A stretch of DNA of 64,000 nucleotides from the human T2T-CHM13v2.0 reference genome, Homo sapiens, in NCBI RefSeq assembly GCF_009914755.1, contig NC_060925.1; one strand, given 5' to 3'. The first letter of the stretch is position 1. Each line of letters starts with the position of its first letter. Both the position numbers and the translations under genes were made by a program. This document shows, in pieces, positions 1-14,566 of this stretch. Under the pieces are notes generated by a model that searched no databases, was not told the DNA's origin, and worked only from the letters and a program-made list of their open reading frames with translations.

Positions 1-170
1 TTTTCATTGGGCAAATAAATTTACAAGATACTAACAAAAGCATTTTATTATCAAATAACATTAATTTGTTTACAAAATAAGAGATTATTTACAAATTATG
101 TTGAGTCCATTTGATAAATTTTTTTACCTGAGCTCATCACTCGGCTTCAATTATTTCATAGGTTTGCTAG

Positions 171-175
171 ACACA

Positions 176-209
<34 letters not shown>
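171..209. repeat. (CA)n microsatellite
   Basis: About 19 AC units with one AT interruption. Confidence 0.95.
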
Positions 210-1184
210 GCTATATCTAAGTGTCTTTATCTATATTCGTATTTTGCTATCTTATCATTAATTCATAAAACATAAATTTGTTAGTCATCTTAAAAAATAA
301 AGCTCTTCAATATCAAATTTGACCTCCAAATATTTTTTATTTTTTTCCAGTGATCAAGATGCTTGTAATCTTCAAATACAGTATTATACTGTTCTTATTC
401 ATTAATCTCAAAAATATCTCAACCGAGGACATATTTAAAGGGATTTCTAACCTTTCAGTAATGCACAGCTCAAGTTATTAGTCCAAGCGCATCATAAATA
501 CACAAGATTAAAATGAAAGTCATCTAAAAAATACTTAGGACATTCATGTGGCTGTCTCATGAATTTATAATGTGTCAGAATATATGCTACCTGAATTATT
601 AAAATAAACTACTAGCTCTACTCTTCCAATGTAGTAAGAACAGTTATCTGAGCAGAAGAGGATATGCTGTCCTTGTTAGAGATTGCTATGATAGTGCAGA
701 AACTTAGTAGTATAATATATGTATCCCAGGAAAAGATTCATGATCAAATTTAACCAAGCATTCCAAAAATGGAGCTATCCGTACAAACATGTTATATTTC
801 TTACAAAATTATTGAAAATATTTCATAAATATATATGTATATTCAGGCAATTAAATTTAATGTAAAATATAATACTTTCATTTTATCTAAGACATATTGC
901 ATTCTTTAATCACTTTCTCTTGGGCAAGGATGAAGCTGGTCTGAGTTTTCCAAAAACAGAAAGAATTAATATTTGCCTCCTAAACAACGTAGATGTGCAG
1001 CAGATGATTTCCTTCCTTGGGGAAAGTTACCTTTTCCTGCTCCACTCCCATGAGTCATTTTTCTTCCCTCGAGAAATTCTTACTCAGAACCTACCATATA
1101 CCATAAGCTCTTCTAGGTTATACAGATACAGTAGTAGTCAACAAAACAAAGAGTGTTGGAGAAATTTATTTTTGTTTCTGTGAA

Positions 1185-1835
1185 GGAAAGACAGATAACA
1201 AACGAGGATGCAGGTGAATAAACAAGATGGTGATAAGCATACTGATAACTATTAATTGCCTGAGGAAGGAGAGTAAAAGTGTTAATGCAGATGAGTAGCC
1301 AGAGAAGACCTCAGTGGGGAACAGAGCTATGAATCGTAATATGAAAATACCCAGCAGGTATTACTCCAAAGGGTAGGGCAAAAATTTTGAATTTGACCCA
1401 TCTAAAATGAGAGGTCCTTCAAAGTTTTAAGCATGGGAGAATGATATTTTATTGACTCATGTATTTAAATCACATGTATTGAGGTATTTTATATACAATA
1501 AAATTCATCAATTTTAAATGTTAAATTCAAGAAGTTTTGAGAAGTGTTACTATGACCACAATCATATTCTCTACCATGATTTAAACATTTTAAGGAAACG
1601 TTCTGACTGTCAAATGGAGAATGGATGCAAAGGGCGAAAGTGTAAAACAGACTATTTAGAAAAATATTAAAGTAATTTTGGTGTTAAATATCTGTGAATG
1701 GATAAGTATTCATCAATGGAAGTGGTAGAACTTTTTTTATATTCTCTCAAGATATATTTTGTAGATATAACTGACAGCTTTTACAAATGAATTAGATTTC
1801 AGTGTATGAGGAAAAGGGAGAATTTAACAATGCCT
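1185..1835 (-). mobile_element. L2 fragment, interrupted by a short old L1 3' end
   Basis: Degenerate antisense L2 motifs (aaagttttaagcatgggaga; gatatattttgtagatataactgacag...gtatgaggaaaagggag); boundaries approximate. Confidence 0.55.
1477..1570 (-). mobile_element. L1M (MB/ME-type) 3' end fragment
   Basis: tattgaggtattttatatacaataaaattcatcaattttaaatg resembles the antisense L1M 3' terminus. Confidence 0.6.
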
Positions 1836-1874
1836 TGAGGCATAAAAAGCACTTTGAATTATTAGTAACCACCG

Positions 1875-2333
1875 AAGCTCCCTTCTAGAGATTATTCCAA
1901 GAGGATAGAAAGCTGGAAACTATATTTCTTAGACTTCTTGCATATAGTTAATGTTCTGCCAAGAAGCATCACCAGCAAGAGACCCATAGTGCAGAGGGAA
2001 CGATGTGAGTTGGCAACCACAACTGGGAAGAAGTAATATGTAATGGAGACATACTCTTCTTTGGGACAGCTATAATAGAGGTTTTTCTTCCTAGACCATT
2101 TTATCATAGGTGCTCAGTGGTAGGTGGCATTGGCAGTGGGCTTTTTGTTAGAAATAAACTGAGTCTTTTTCTAGACTGTGTTGTTAAAAGCCGTACAGCA
2201 TCCATGCCTGTGTCCTGGTTTTTCTAGAAATGTTGAAGTTCCTTGTTATTCTCCATAAACCTCTTTCTGCATAAACTAGATAGAGTGGATGTTATTATGA
2301 CAGATTGAGTGGCAACCAAGACCCTGGATAATA
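1875..2333 (+). mobile_element. ERVL LTR remnant (LTR33/LTR16-like)
   Basis: gaaagctggaaactatatttcttagacttcttgca and 3' ataaacctctttctgcataaactagatagagtggat...caaccaagaccctggataata. Confidence 0.55.
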
Positions 2334-2374
2334 TAGAGATAACATTGATTGTATGATAGAATAGTTAGTGACAG

Positions 2375-2849
2375 ATTGAGTAATTTCTCCAAATTCTTGA
2401 CCTTACCCTATATCCACACATGTTTAACCATGTGATTTTCCAGTTTCTTCCAAAAACAATAAAGTGAATTTTCTCCACCTTTTTGATTTGGCTTGGCCAT
2501 TTGTCTGGTTTTGGTCCATAGGGTACTAATAGACATGCCATAAACCGGAGCTTTATACGTGTTTGTGCAAATGGAGCTTGGTCTCTTGCACTTAATACAT
2601 TGCGAAGAGTGGCCTAAATAGCTTCTGCCCCTTTGGGATGAACATCAAATTCAAGAATAGAGTTCTCTCAGCTGATCAGTCTATTGGTCTGCATACAAAT
2701 CATAGTCATTCCAGATGCCATTGTTTGAATCCGATATGCTCAACCCTGACCAGTCAATCCCAAGATCTATGAAAAAAATAATTGTTTTAAGTTACTGAGT
2801 TTTGGTTGTTTTGCTGAGGTACTATCAGAGCAATAGATAACTCATTACA
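2375..2849 (+). mobile_element. MaLR LTR (MLT1F/G/H-like)
   Basis: ccctatatccacaca...atgtgattttccag and 3' attgttttaagttactgagttttgg...gcaatagataactcattaca. Confidence 0.7.
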
Positions 2850-2922
2850 ATATTTAGTTGCATACTAGATACAAAACCATTGAATATATTTATTCAGCTA
2901 TTATTTACTTGTTTATTCATTC

Positions 2923-3258
<336 letters not shown>

Positions 3259-3540
3259 TCAAAAAATAATTTTTAAACACTAGGTACTAAACCCTAAAAA
3301 CTGTGACTACAGTAGTGAGCAAAAGAGGCAACATGTCTGCTATTATGGGGCTTATAATATATTGAATGAGAGAAAACATTAAACACATCATCATGAAATT
3401 TTAAATCAGCTATGCTTTAAGATAGAAAACCATGAGGTCCTGTGAGAGGGTAATATTATCTTAGAGAAAAGTTTTAGTGAGGGCTCTTCTGAAGTGAAAT
3501 TTACTCTGAGAATCTGTAGAGGACATCTCTTATTATTGAG
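3259..3540 (-). mobile_element. L2 3' fragment (host of the Alu; begins about 2912)
   Basis: ttcattcaaaaaataat...actacagtagtgagcaaaa...ggggcttata; gagggctcttctgaagtgaaatttactctgag. Confidence 0.55.
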
Positions 3541-4714
3541 GAAAGGGAGGAATTACGGTCCTCCTTCAGCTCAGAGTAAATGGAGTGTGAGGTAGTTTGC
3601 TTACCTGGTATTCATTGCCCACATAATCCTTCCTGTAAGAATCCACCCATACACACCTCCAGATTCTGATTAGACTAAGCCAACCAGTTTATGGAATCCC
3701 TGGTAACTGTTAATTAGTCCAGGAACGGGCCCTTGACCTACATAAATCCTTCATAGTGATGGAAGGATTTATATGCCGAGCTTTGAGGAAGGTTTGTTAC
3801 CTCTCTCTTCCTAAAATAATCACAAGAGTAAAAGGAAGAAGAATTGAATTTGTAATAAGAGAGGATTAAAGAATCATTTGATATGGTCCTGTCAGATATT
3901 CAGATAATCTTCTACATTGAGGCTTTATATTGATGAGTGGGGCAGGGAAAAGCCAAGCATGCAATACTAAATTCACTCTGGACTGAATGAATTATGAAAG
4001 TGAGACTCCCATCTGCACCTTCACAATGTGTTTCATATGTTGACACACTAGTTCTGTGACTTGCTAGGATTCATTTAGTTATGCCATTTGAAGGTCAATG
4101 GTTCAAAGCTAATTTTGTTTCTCTGCGTGAGTTTTTTCCTTCACTGTCTCTTATGTTCCCGTGTCTTTTATTTGTATCAGAGTCTATAACTGTGCTATTT
4201 TCTGTATTTGTATATTATTTGTAATTTATCATCATGCAAATAGATGTTTAGAAGAGCACATTATGCAAACTACAAAGGAAAAAGCCGTAACTTGTTTCCT
4301 GAACTCATCTTCATTGATATTATACCAAATAATAATATAGAGATAAATTATTATTTATTTACTTTTTATATATAATATCTTGTCAGAAGAAAATACCTTG
4401 CATGCAATGTTTACTTTATTCTTCTCTTAATGCATCAGTTGTCAGAATCGAGCCTAAAAATTTAATATTACAGCCACCAAGAAAAATAACATATTTTACA
4501 TACAGTATCAATTTAAAAACCTTAAAGCAAATACACGCACACACACACATATGCACATACATTGTTTAAATATATTGGCATAATATTTGCTCTTTTAGAA
4601 ATTCATCCTGAGCAAATCACCTGAGTTTTAGAAAGAGTTTTAGAAAATGATGGTTGCTATATTATTATTTATGACAGTGATCATCAGAAACAAATGAAAT
4701 ATTATTTTAATATA

Positions 4715-4885
4715 AAATAGTGATTGAATGCTTATTTGACCTGAGCTACTATTTGAGGTACTGGCTCACAGCAGCAAACAAAGTCCCATCCCTCACAGAG
4801 CTTAGATTCTAGCAGAGGAAGAGGGACATAGAAGATACATAATGTCAAGTTGTGGCAAGTGTTCGAAGAAAAATAAAGTAGAAAA
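4715..4885 (-). mobile_element. L2 3' fragment
   Basis: gcagcaaacaaagtcccatccctcacagagcttagattctagc is a typical antisense L2 motif. Confidence 0.7.
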
Positions 4886-6214
4886 ACTGGATATTTTTGG
4901 ATATCATTCAGTAAATATGAGCTTCTTCTACAATAGAAACACAATCATATAGACTCTACATTTACAGCTGCCAAATTTGGGAATAAATACGTTCCCAAAT
5001 CATGATAAAAGTAATTTTATTCAATAGAAGTTTTCTGCTTCTTCTTCTTCTTATGCATAACATATGCCCATTTCAATTTCTTTCAGAGATTTCAGGAGAA
5101 TGAAGAAAATTAACTGCAATGAGGAATATGCTGTAATAGGCGCTACCAGAATTAAATGACCTGCATAATGTTTTATTATCAGTCTATCAGAATAAAGACA
5201 CCAAGACTTAGTGACAAGTTTAAATTAACCTAATCAACATGTGCTAATTCTGCAACTCAAAATTATTTTAATCCAAGAAACTTATCGTTATGTTGAAAAG
5301 TTTTGAGAGATATAGTAAGATATTTGTATCTATAATTATTTCTCTCATCTAGTGTAAAAATATAGACTACACTTTAACAAGACAGCTAAAGGGTTTATTG
5401 GGAGATAGATTCAGCAATTTGTTTTAGGAAGTATGTATTGTGTCACTGATTATCTACTGCTGCTTTTTTTAATTATTACCTTATATTTCTGTTATACTTT
5501 GAAAGTGGTAGATTTGGTATTTATTAGTATTTGGTATTTACTTTTATTGAATCAATATTTTAATTTATCTCACATACTTACAATATGAGCCAAAAAATTT
5601 CAAATGAAAGAAATGCACTTATTAAGTTATTTAACATACTAACAATAAGAAAGAAATAGAGAAAACTATGTCAATAGAATTATCTCAGAAGCTCATTATT
5701 ATTCATTGAAATTTGAAGTAAGCACCATAGCTGTATTAAATATTACTTTTTTCTGATTGAATAATAAAGTTTTATTCCTATCAATGCTGCTTTAAATCTT
5801 TCATTATATGTAGGTATTTTTTATTTTTCATTTTTCTGCTTTTTCATTTCTAAGAACCTCAACATTCCGGAACAAGTGCCTTAATCAAAGTCCAAAAGCT
5901 TACCTTTATTTTATCTTTCCATCCAGAAAATAATTCCTATCCTGTTTCATCTAACTTCTAGTGGTAGTCACACCTCTACCTCCCTGAATATTTTTCTATT
6001 AAAATTCATTATCACAGTAGGTCATCATACATTTTTATAATGTAGCCTTCTGTTTTGTTTAAATTGACCTTCTGTGGTACTTACTTACGTATTTTAAGGT
6101 CATATTTTCAGTTTATTTTCTGAGGACATATTTGCTTTTTCTTAAACAATTTTGTTGGATAGAAGACAATTTCAATGTATTTATTCTTTATTTCTATGGC
6201 TTCAGTTTATTTTA

Positions 6215-6294
6215 TTAGGTTGGGCAAAAGTAATAGTGATTTTTGCCGTTACTTTCAATGGCAAAAAACCCAATTACATTTCCACCAATTTAAA
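6215..6294. mobile_element. MADE1 (Hsmar1-derived mariner MITE)
   Basis: 80-bp near-palindrome ttaggttgggcaaaagtaat...ttactttcaatggcaaaaaacccaattacatttccaccaatttaaa, flanked by TA. Confidence 0.92.
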
Positions 6295-7518
6295 TAGATT
6301 TAGGAAATCAGAAAAAAAATTTAAGGTTATGTTTCTTACTGAACATATAATTATATTCTACAAAAAATGAAGAGTGTAATTATTAGGGGCAAAAAGGGTG
6401 GGTGAAAGCAGACATTCTGTTTCAAGGATTTTAACTCACTCAGATTACTTTAAAACGCTATCTTGACTTATTAATTGGTCAAAAAGGATAGTTTTATAAT
6501 TTTCTTCATAGGATTTCTGGGAGAATTAATCATTTTTGTAGATATCTAGTAGAATGTGCTACACATAGTAATCTTGGCACTTTTCATTTTCTTATTTGTT
6601 TTCCTTCATATCTCCTCTTTTTCCTTCCTCATCCTTCTCTTCTTTCTCATTATGTGATTATTATTAGTATTATCATTACCATTATGAACAGTATCATCAC
6701 TGATTAGCACCTCAGAAGAGTCAGGGATCTTATTTACTGGATAAAAAATATTTAGCAACTACTAAAACCAAAGTGTCACGCCTGTCCTGAGTTTTAAGAG
6801 AAGAAAAGTTACAGGATGCAAAACTATTAGTGTTTTAAGAAGAAGTCTGAAACATGTTTCTTCATTACCTGTCTGTTTAGAGACCTGGAAATGGCCTTTT
6901 AAGCTGAAATTATTACCAGAGTTTCCTATGTAAAAAGGTAGCTGCTGGGTAGGGGTGGAAAGTACTTTCATAAGCAGATACAGTGACTTTGCTGCAGACA
7001 TATCTCCTACAAAGAATGAATGCACATTCTTTTTCAGTTCTCTGAGATGTTGTTCCTCCTTCTTGATCATTTTCAAGTTTCAGTTCTTATTTTTTATTTT
7101 CACAGAATTAACTCTGACCATTTAGTTAAATTAAAATCCCCTTGTCACTAAACTCTTATAACTTAAAAAAGTCATACAAATCATTCATGTCTTTGTTATG
7201 AGCAATCTTCTATTTTTACTGATATATTCTACAGTTCTATAAAATTGGAACTATAGACCAAAATAGATTTAGAAAATAGGGTTTGTATATATCCAAAATA
7301 TTTAATACTCTTCTGGGCTTTGTTGCTGATGCTCAATTATTCTTCAGTATGTAATTCCAATCATACTAATATGAACTTACAGAAAGAAAAGGATATGTAT
7401 GCATATGAAACATCCTTTGTGCAATCTTTCATGACAGACTTGACATTTCTAACAAAGTTGATTTTCTATTTTGTAGACTTGCATAGGAATATAAAATTAT
7501 AAGTGTTGTAAATGTGGT

Positions 7519-7522
<4 letters not shown>

Positions 7523-7550
<28 letters not shown>
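7523..7550. repeat. (TG)14 microsatellite
   Basis: Perfect dinucleotide run. Confidence 0.97.
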
Positions 7551-7580
7551 AACTCCATATGTTGTAAACCTGTTTTCTAG

Positions 7581-7907
<327 letters not shown>

Positions 7908-8060
7908 ACTATCCTGGCTTTCTTATAACAGTTATTCCATGAATTCCTTTATTATTTACAGATTGATCTATATAATATTAGCAATAAATCAAAACAAAAC
8001 AAAATATCAAGTATACTTTGATGAAAACATTTTCATAGAAAGTTTACATATATGTATATG

Positions 8061-8103
8061 TCTCTCTTTCTCTCTCTCTCTCTGTGTTTGTGTGTGTGTG
8101 TGT
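8061..8103. repeat. (TC)n(TG)n compound microsatellite
   Basis: Directly visible, imperfect. Confidence 0.85.
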
Positions 8104-9979
8104 AGTCAGTTTTACCCAATGGTCATTTGGCATATATTATCAGTAGTAATGTGTACTATATATCTACCCATGTTAAATGAAACTTGATGTGTGAGGTTGA
8201 CTAAATTAAAATGACAGTTTTAATTTTTCAATGCAGAGACAAAGGAATCATTATAATAGACAGGCATAGATGTGTAATATTAACGTCAGTACATAGCAAA
8301 TAGAGTAAGAAACACCATAGACTTGTTAATATCATGTGACCATTCACTATTAGTAAGAAGTGCTTGATGTTAATGTTTTGCTGAACACTTATGTTCTTTT
8401 TTACTTCACTTTTTCTGATATTCACAAAAATACCCATTTTCTTAAAAAATACTCTCCCTTTTGCACTTCATGTCTGTGGAAATGAATTAAAGAGAACAGA
8501 ATGTACTGTAAAGAAAAAATCAGCAGGCAGCACTCTTGAAAACCCAAGCTGCATGTGGAGATAAAAGGGAAGAATCAAGCAGCCACCTAATTAAAGCATC
8601 TATTCAGAAAACATGAATTGTTTTAGAAGCACATACTTATTTTAAAAGATTTCAAGGAAATTTTTTTCCTGTAAAATTTATAGTAACTTCAGATACTTTT
8701 CTTACAGTATAGAGCTTGAAAAAAGTATTAGAAATTACACTAAGAGAATTTTTAGTAAAAGAGAGTCACAAGTTATTTTTCTATAATTCTTCTTACGTAT
8801 TTGTATTATTTGTGCTTGTTTTGTTTGTTTTTTAGAAATTGTATGAACTTCTTTTTGGAAATAGTAAAGAGATAAATATCATTGAATTGAACACAGACTT
8901 GGCATGTGTAGTAATTATAATCATGAAACATATAAACATAAAACTAGTATCACTATTGAAAACTTATGACAAATAATGTTATAAAGAATCCATTCCACAC
9001 AAATTAAAACCCAGATATATTTTAAATAAATTTAATAACATAAATTTTTAAAGGTAATGTGATAAAGACAGCAATATCATATAATAAAAGATAGTAATAA
9101 TAATTGTATCATTTCTGCAGTGAGAGAAAATCTAAAGATTAACAAATTTACACGTGTTGAAATTACAATTTAGAAACTGTGGTAATGAAGATATAGATGA
9201 TTTACTTAGAAGTACCTCAACTTGAGTTAGTTGGATAAGGCCTAAAAGTACCAAGGCCAGATATTAATTGGGCTTTTACCTGTACATCCCAGAATACATT
9301 TTGTTTTTCTAGGAAAAGGAGCAGTGGTGTGTCACTCATGGGTACTATTCAATGGCCTGACAACATGGAAATATTCCTTGAGTGCTTTATAGAGGTTATC
9401 CAATCTGCCAAAGACTAATTAAAACCAGATATGTGTGAGTTATTAAAGTTATGACCCAATAGTCTTTTTCCACTAAGTAGTCTGCTGAATCCTTATTGCT
9501 CAGGGGGCCTTGACACCTGCATTACAATTTTCTTCTTCAATTACTACTGATGAAGGTTCAGTAGAGTGAAAATGAATGTCATTCTTCCTTTGACGCTTTG
9601 AAAGTTAATTTATTTTTAAACTTTAGACTTAAACTTCGTAAGCCAGAAGTGTCAGAAATAAATACGCGTTTGTGTATTCTTGTGGGGTGATTCAGCTCAT
9701 CAATGCTGTGCATAGAGATATACTATGAATCCTCAAAAACAACTGACTTCTCAATTTCTTTCTACACAGTGTCAGAGAAATGAAAAAAACATAAAACAAT
9801 AATCTAGGAATTTTAAAAACTCAATTGTTTTGATGCTATATAAACAAAATAATGTCTTTGAAAAATATTAAATGAGGTTGAAAATAAGATAAATGGGTTA
9901 TTTATTGTTTGTATTTTAGAAGATTTTATGTATATTAAACTGTTCATGTGATCTCTTATATGTAGATATGTGAAAGGAA

Positions 9980-11110
<1,131 letters not shown>

Positions 11111-11229
11111 AAAATTTTTTGTTAAACATAGAGGATAAGGAAGGGACATTTTCCATACAAATGACAGATCTGGCTAACTTTAAACTGATAATCAGAAATT
11201 GTTTTACCAGTGCCGATCATGAAGATTAA

Positions 11230-11565
11230 TTTTAGGAGTTTTTTTTAAGTTTCTTTTAAAGATTTTTTTTTAATTTCAAATTTTATTTTACACACAGAGG
11301 GTACATATGCTGGTTTGTTACCTGGGTATATTGCATACAGGTAGCGAGCATAATACCTAATAGGTAGTTCTTCAACCCACATCACACTTCCTCCTTCGCA
11401 TCTCCAGTAGTCCCCAGTTTTTGTTGTTCCCATGTTTCTATTCACGTATGCTCAATGTTTAGCTCCTACTTATAAGTGAAAATATGCAGTATTTGGTTTT
11501 CAATTTCTGCATTAACTCACATAGGATCATGACCTCCAGCCCCATCCATGTCGTTGCAAATGATA
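11230..11565 (-). mobile_element. L1PA (old, about PA13-16) 3' end with T-rich tail
   Basis: gggtacatatgctggtttgttacctgggtatattgcat...agctcctacttataagtgaaaatatgcagtatttggttttc. Confidence 0.9.
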
Positions 11566-12152
11566 CTGGCTTGTTATAAGTATAATTGCTCCTTTAATAA
11601 AATATTGTGACTTTCTATTTTAACATTATTAAAATAACTGTTCTTATTTAAGCTCTCAACCAATTGGTACTGTGCAAGATGGTTCGTGGCAGGCTTTGGA
11701 AGAATTCTTATTCACTTTCTAGCCCCTGCTGCCAACTTCACGTATTCGTTTGAAGCCTTCATGACTACTTATATTTAAAATATGTAATATATTTAAGCTA
11801 AAATTGGTCATAAAGAGTTATCTTTGAATGTAGGGGGGTAAAAGGAAAGGTAAAGGGTGAAATTTTATGATAACTATTCAACAGCCAGAAAATCTAACAG
11901 TGTAATTAGGTATATCTTCTTTATCAAAATAAATTTATAATAGTTACATGATATAGTTACAAGAGTCTAGCTTACAGCTCTTAAGCAGAACTTCTCAAAA
12001 TATTTGTTAGACATATTGGGAGTGGACTATGCTTACACACTAGAACCTTGCCATAATCAAGTCTTTCCCTCAGTTTTCATCAACTTAAAAATGATTATTT
12101 TAAAGACACGGATCCTCTTTAAGTTTCTTTTAATTTTAGTTCATTACTCAGC

Positions 12153-12197
12153 AAAAAAAAAAAAAAAAAAAAAAAAGAAAAAGAAAAAGAAAAAAAA
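12153..12197 (+). repeat. A24 plus (GAAAAA)n tract
   Basis: Directly visible; no Alu or L1 body immediately upstream. Confidence 0.9.
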
Positions 12198-12397
12198 TGC
12201 CTGGAGATTTTTTTATACCTAGAACATGGAAATATGTAAATGTGGTATAGTAGTGAATGTCTTATACGGTTTTTGGTATATCCTTGAGTCACCATATGGT
12301 TTCTTCCTCAGTCAGTGGTATAAAAAATTGAGCTTGTATGTCTGGACTCCTCTTTTGACTTGATAAGTTATTCATTCCACCTAGGTTCAACTGGACC

Positions 12398-12843
12398 TGC
12401 TTGTTGATTTGTTTAAGTTCCTTATAGATTCCAGATTTTAGACCTTTGTTGGATACATAGTTTGTAATATTTTTCTCCCATTCTGTACATTGTCTGTTTA
12501 CTCTGTTAATACTTTCTTTTTTTGTGCAGAAGCTGTTTAGTTTAGTTAAGGTTCTGATTGTCAATTTTTGTTTTTGTTGCAATTGCTTTTGGGGACTTAG
12601 CAAACAATTATTTGCCAAGGCCCATGTCCACAATGGTATTTACTAAGTTTTCTTATAGCTTGAGGTCTTACATTTAAATCTTTAATCTACCTTGAGTAAT
12701 TTTTTTATATGGAGAGATGTAAGGGTCCAGTATCCTTCTTCATATGGCTAGCCAGTTGTTCCAGCACCATTTATCAAATAGGGAGTCCTTTCTTCATTTC
12801 TTATTTTTTTAGCCTTGTTGAAGATCAGATAATTGGGTAGGTG
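12398..12843 (-). mobile_element. L1PA ORF2 3' portion (antisense arm of inverted L1)
   Basis: ORF 12289-12633(-) contains KESINRVNRQCTEWEKNITNY...GLKSGIYKELKQI, an L1 ORF2p C-terminal match. Confidence 0.92.
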
Positions 12844-13222
12844 AAAGATCTCTACAAGGACAACTACAAAACACTGCCGAATGAGATCAGAGATGACACA
12901 AATAAATGGAAACATATTCCATGCTCATGGGTTGAAAGACTCAATGTCTTTAAAATGGCCATACTGTTTAAAGAAATTTACAGATTCCACAGTATTCCTA
13001 ACAAACTCACCAATGTCATTCTTCACAGAATTAGAAAAACTAGTCTAAAATTAATGTGGAACCAAAAAGGAGCCCAAATAGCCAAAGCAATCCTAAGCAA
13101 AAAGAACAAAGCTGGAGGTATCACACTAGCCAACTTAAAACTATAAGGCTACAGTAATCAAAACAGCATGGAACTGGTACAAAAGCAGACACATAGACCA
13201 GTGGAACAAAATAGAAAACTCA
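12839..13222 (+). mobile_element. L1PA ORF2 portion (inverted 5' arm)
   Basis: ORF 12841-13146 [27 protein letters not shown]...[16 protein letters not shown] matches L1 ORF2p. Confidence 0.95.
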
Positions 13223-13760
13223 TGAAGAGTTAGAAACTCTCAGTAAAATCTTTCTGTCATCCCACTTGAAGATCTCAGCATAACCAAATTTTCTATGAAG
13301 TGTTTGTCTTATGTTAACAACCTGATGTAAAATTATGGTGACCCCAAAGACATCTTTTCTTAGTTAACTCTTTCTTGTAATGAAAATCAGCACAAATCCT
13401 TGAAAAAGTAAGCATTCAACAAACTTAAGTTTTGTTCTTAGTTTGAAAGGAAAAGTTGGTATCTCGATGTATTCTATAGGCTAAATATGTTTCCATCAGG
13501 AAGTTATTTACTTTCCCAATCTTTTTCAATTTCTATTAATATATCAAATTTGCTAATCAAAAATTAAAATTATTCCCACTTCACAGTAATTAGCTTATTA
13601 TACACTAAGAAAATCTTGCATACACAAAATATATTTAATAACTATAGATTTTAAAAAACTATAATATTTATTTATTTGTCATAATCTTTAATGCTTATCA
13701 GAATGGAGCTATGATGTATCTGCTTTGAGTATTTCTCCAATTGTTATTCTTACACAATAT

Positions 13761-14030
13761 TCACTCATTCATTATCTAAATATATCTTGAATGCCTATTA
13801 AATATCATTTACTGTTCTAGGTACAGTAGATGCAAAAATTAAAATAACAAACTACTTATGCCTCATGGGCTTTCTACTGTGTGGGAAAGGAGGCAAACAA
13901 TAAACGGATATATAGAATATCAGATGGTTGCAATTGTCTTGGAGACAAAGCGGGAAAGATTGGGTAAAAACCATAGAGATTGGTATTTTATATAATACAG
14001 TCAGAAAAGGCCTCTAGTAAGACAACAGAA
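13761..14030 (-). mobile_element. L2 3' fragment
   Basis: tcattcattatctaaatatatcttgaatgcctat...actgttctaggtac...cctcatgggc...gtcagaaaaggcctct. Confidence 0.75.
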
Positions 14031-14335
14031 ATCACACTGTAATATGAATAGAGAAAATTCAACTTTATGAATTATTAACTATAAAAGGAGATTGGAGTAG
14101 CAATGAATTGACTAGCACAAAGGAAAAAAAAAAGACCTGTAAAGAATGTAGGGATTTAGATGTAAGGAGCAGCCCACTGCTGAAATAAAGTACACATTGA
14201 AGAGGTTTCACCCACTTCACCCAGGAATGAAATCCAGTCCCTGTTGGAAAATGCATGGCTATAGCTCATTGACTGGCAAACAACGAGCACAACATAGAGA
14301 CTGATTTTGTTTTTCTGGTCATTGTTACGTAGACC

Positions 14336-14510
14336 CCTTCCTTCCTTCCTTCCTTCCTTCCTTCCTTCCTTCCTTCCTTCCTTCCTTCCTTCCTTCCTTC
14401 CTTCCTCCCTTTTCTCCTTCTTCTTCTTCTTCCTCTTTCTCTTCTTCTTCTTCTTCCTACTTCCTTCTTCCTTCTTCCCCCTTCTTCTTCTTCTTCTTCC
14501 TTCTTCCTCC

Positions 14511-14556
<46 letters not shown>

Positions 14557-14566
14557 TTTCTTTTTC
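14336..14566. repeat. Compound (CCTT)n-(CTT)n-(CTTT)n polypyrimidine tract
   Basis: About 230 bp, almost all C/T, at the tail of an antisense Alu. Confidence 0.97.
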
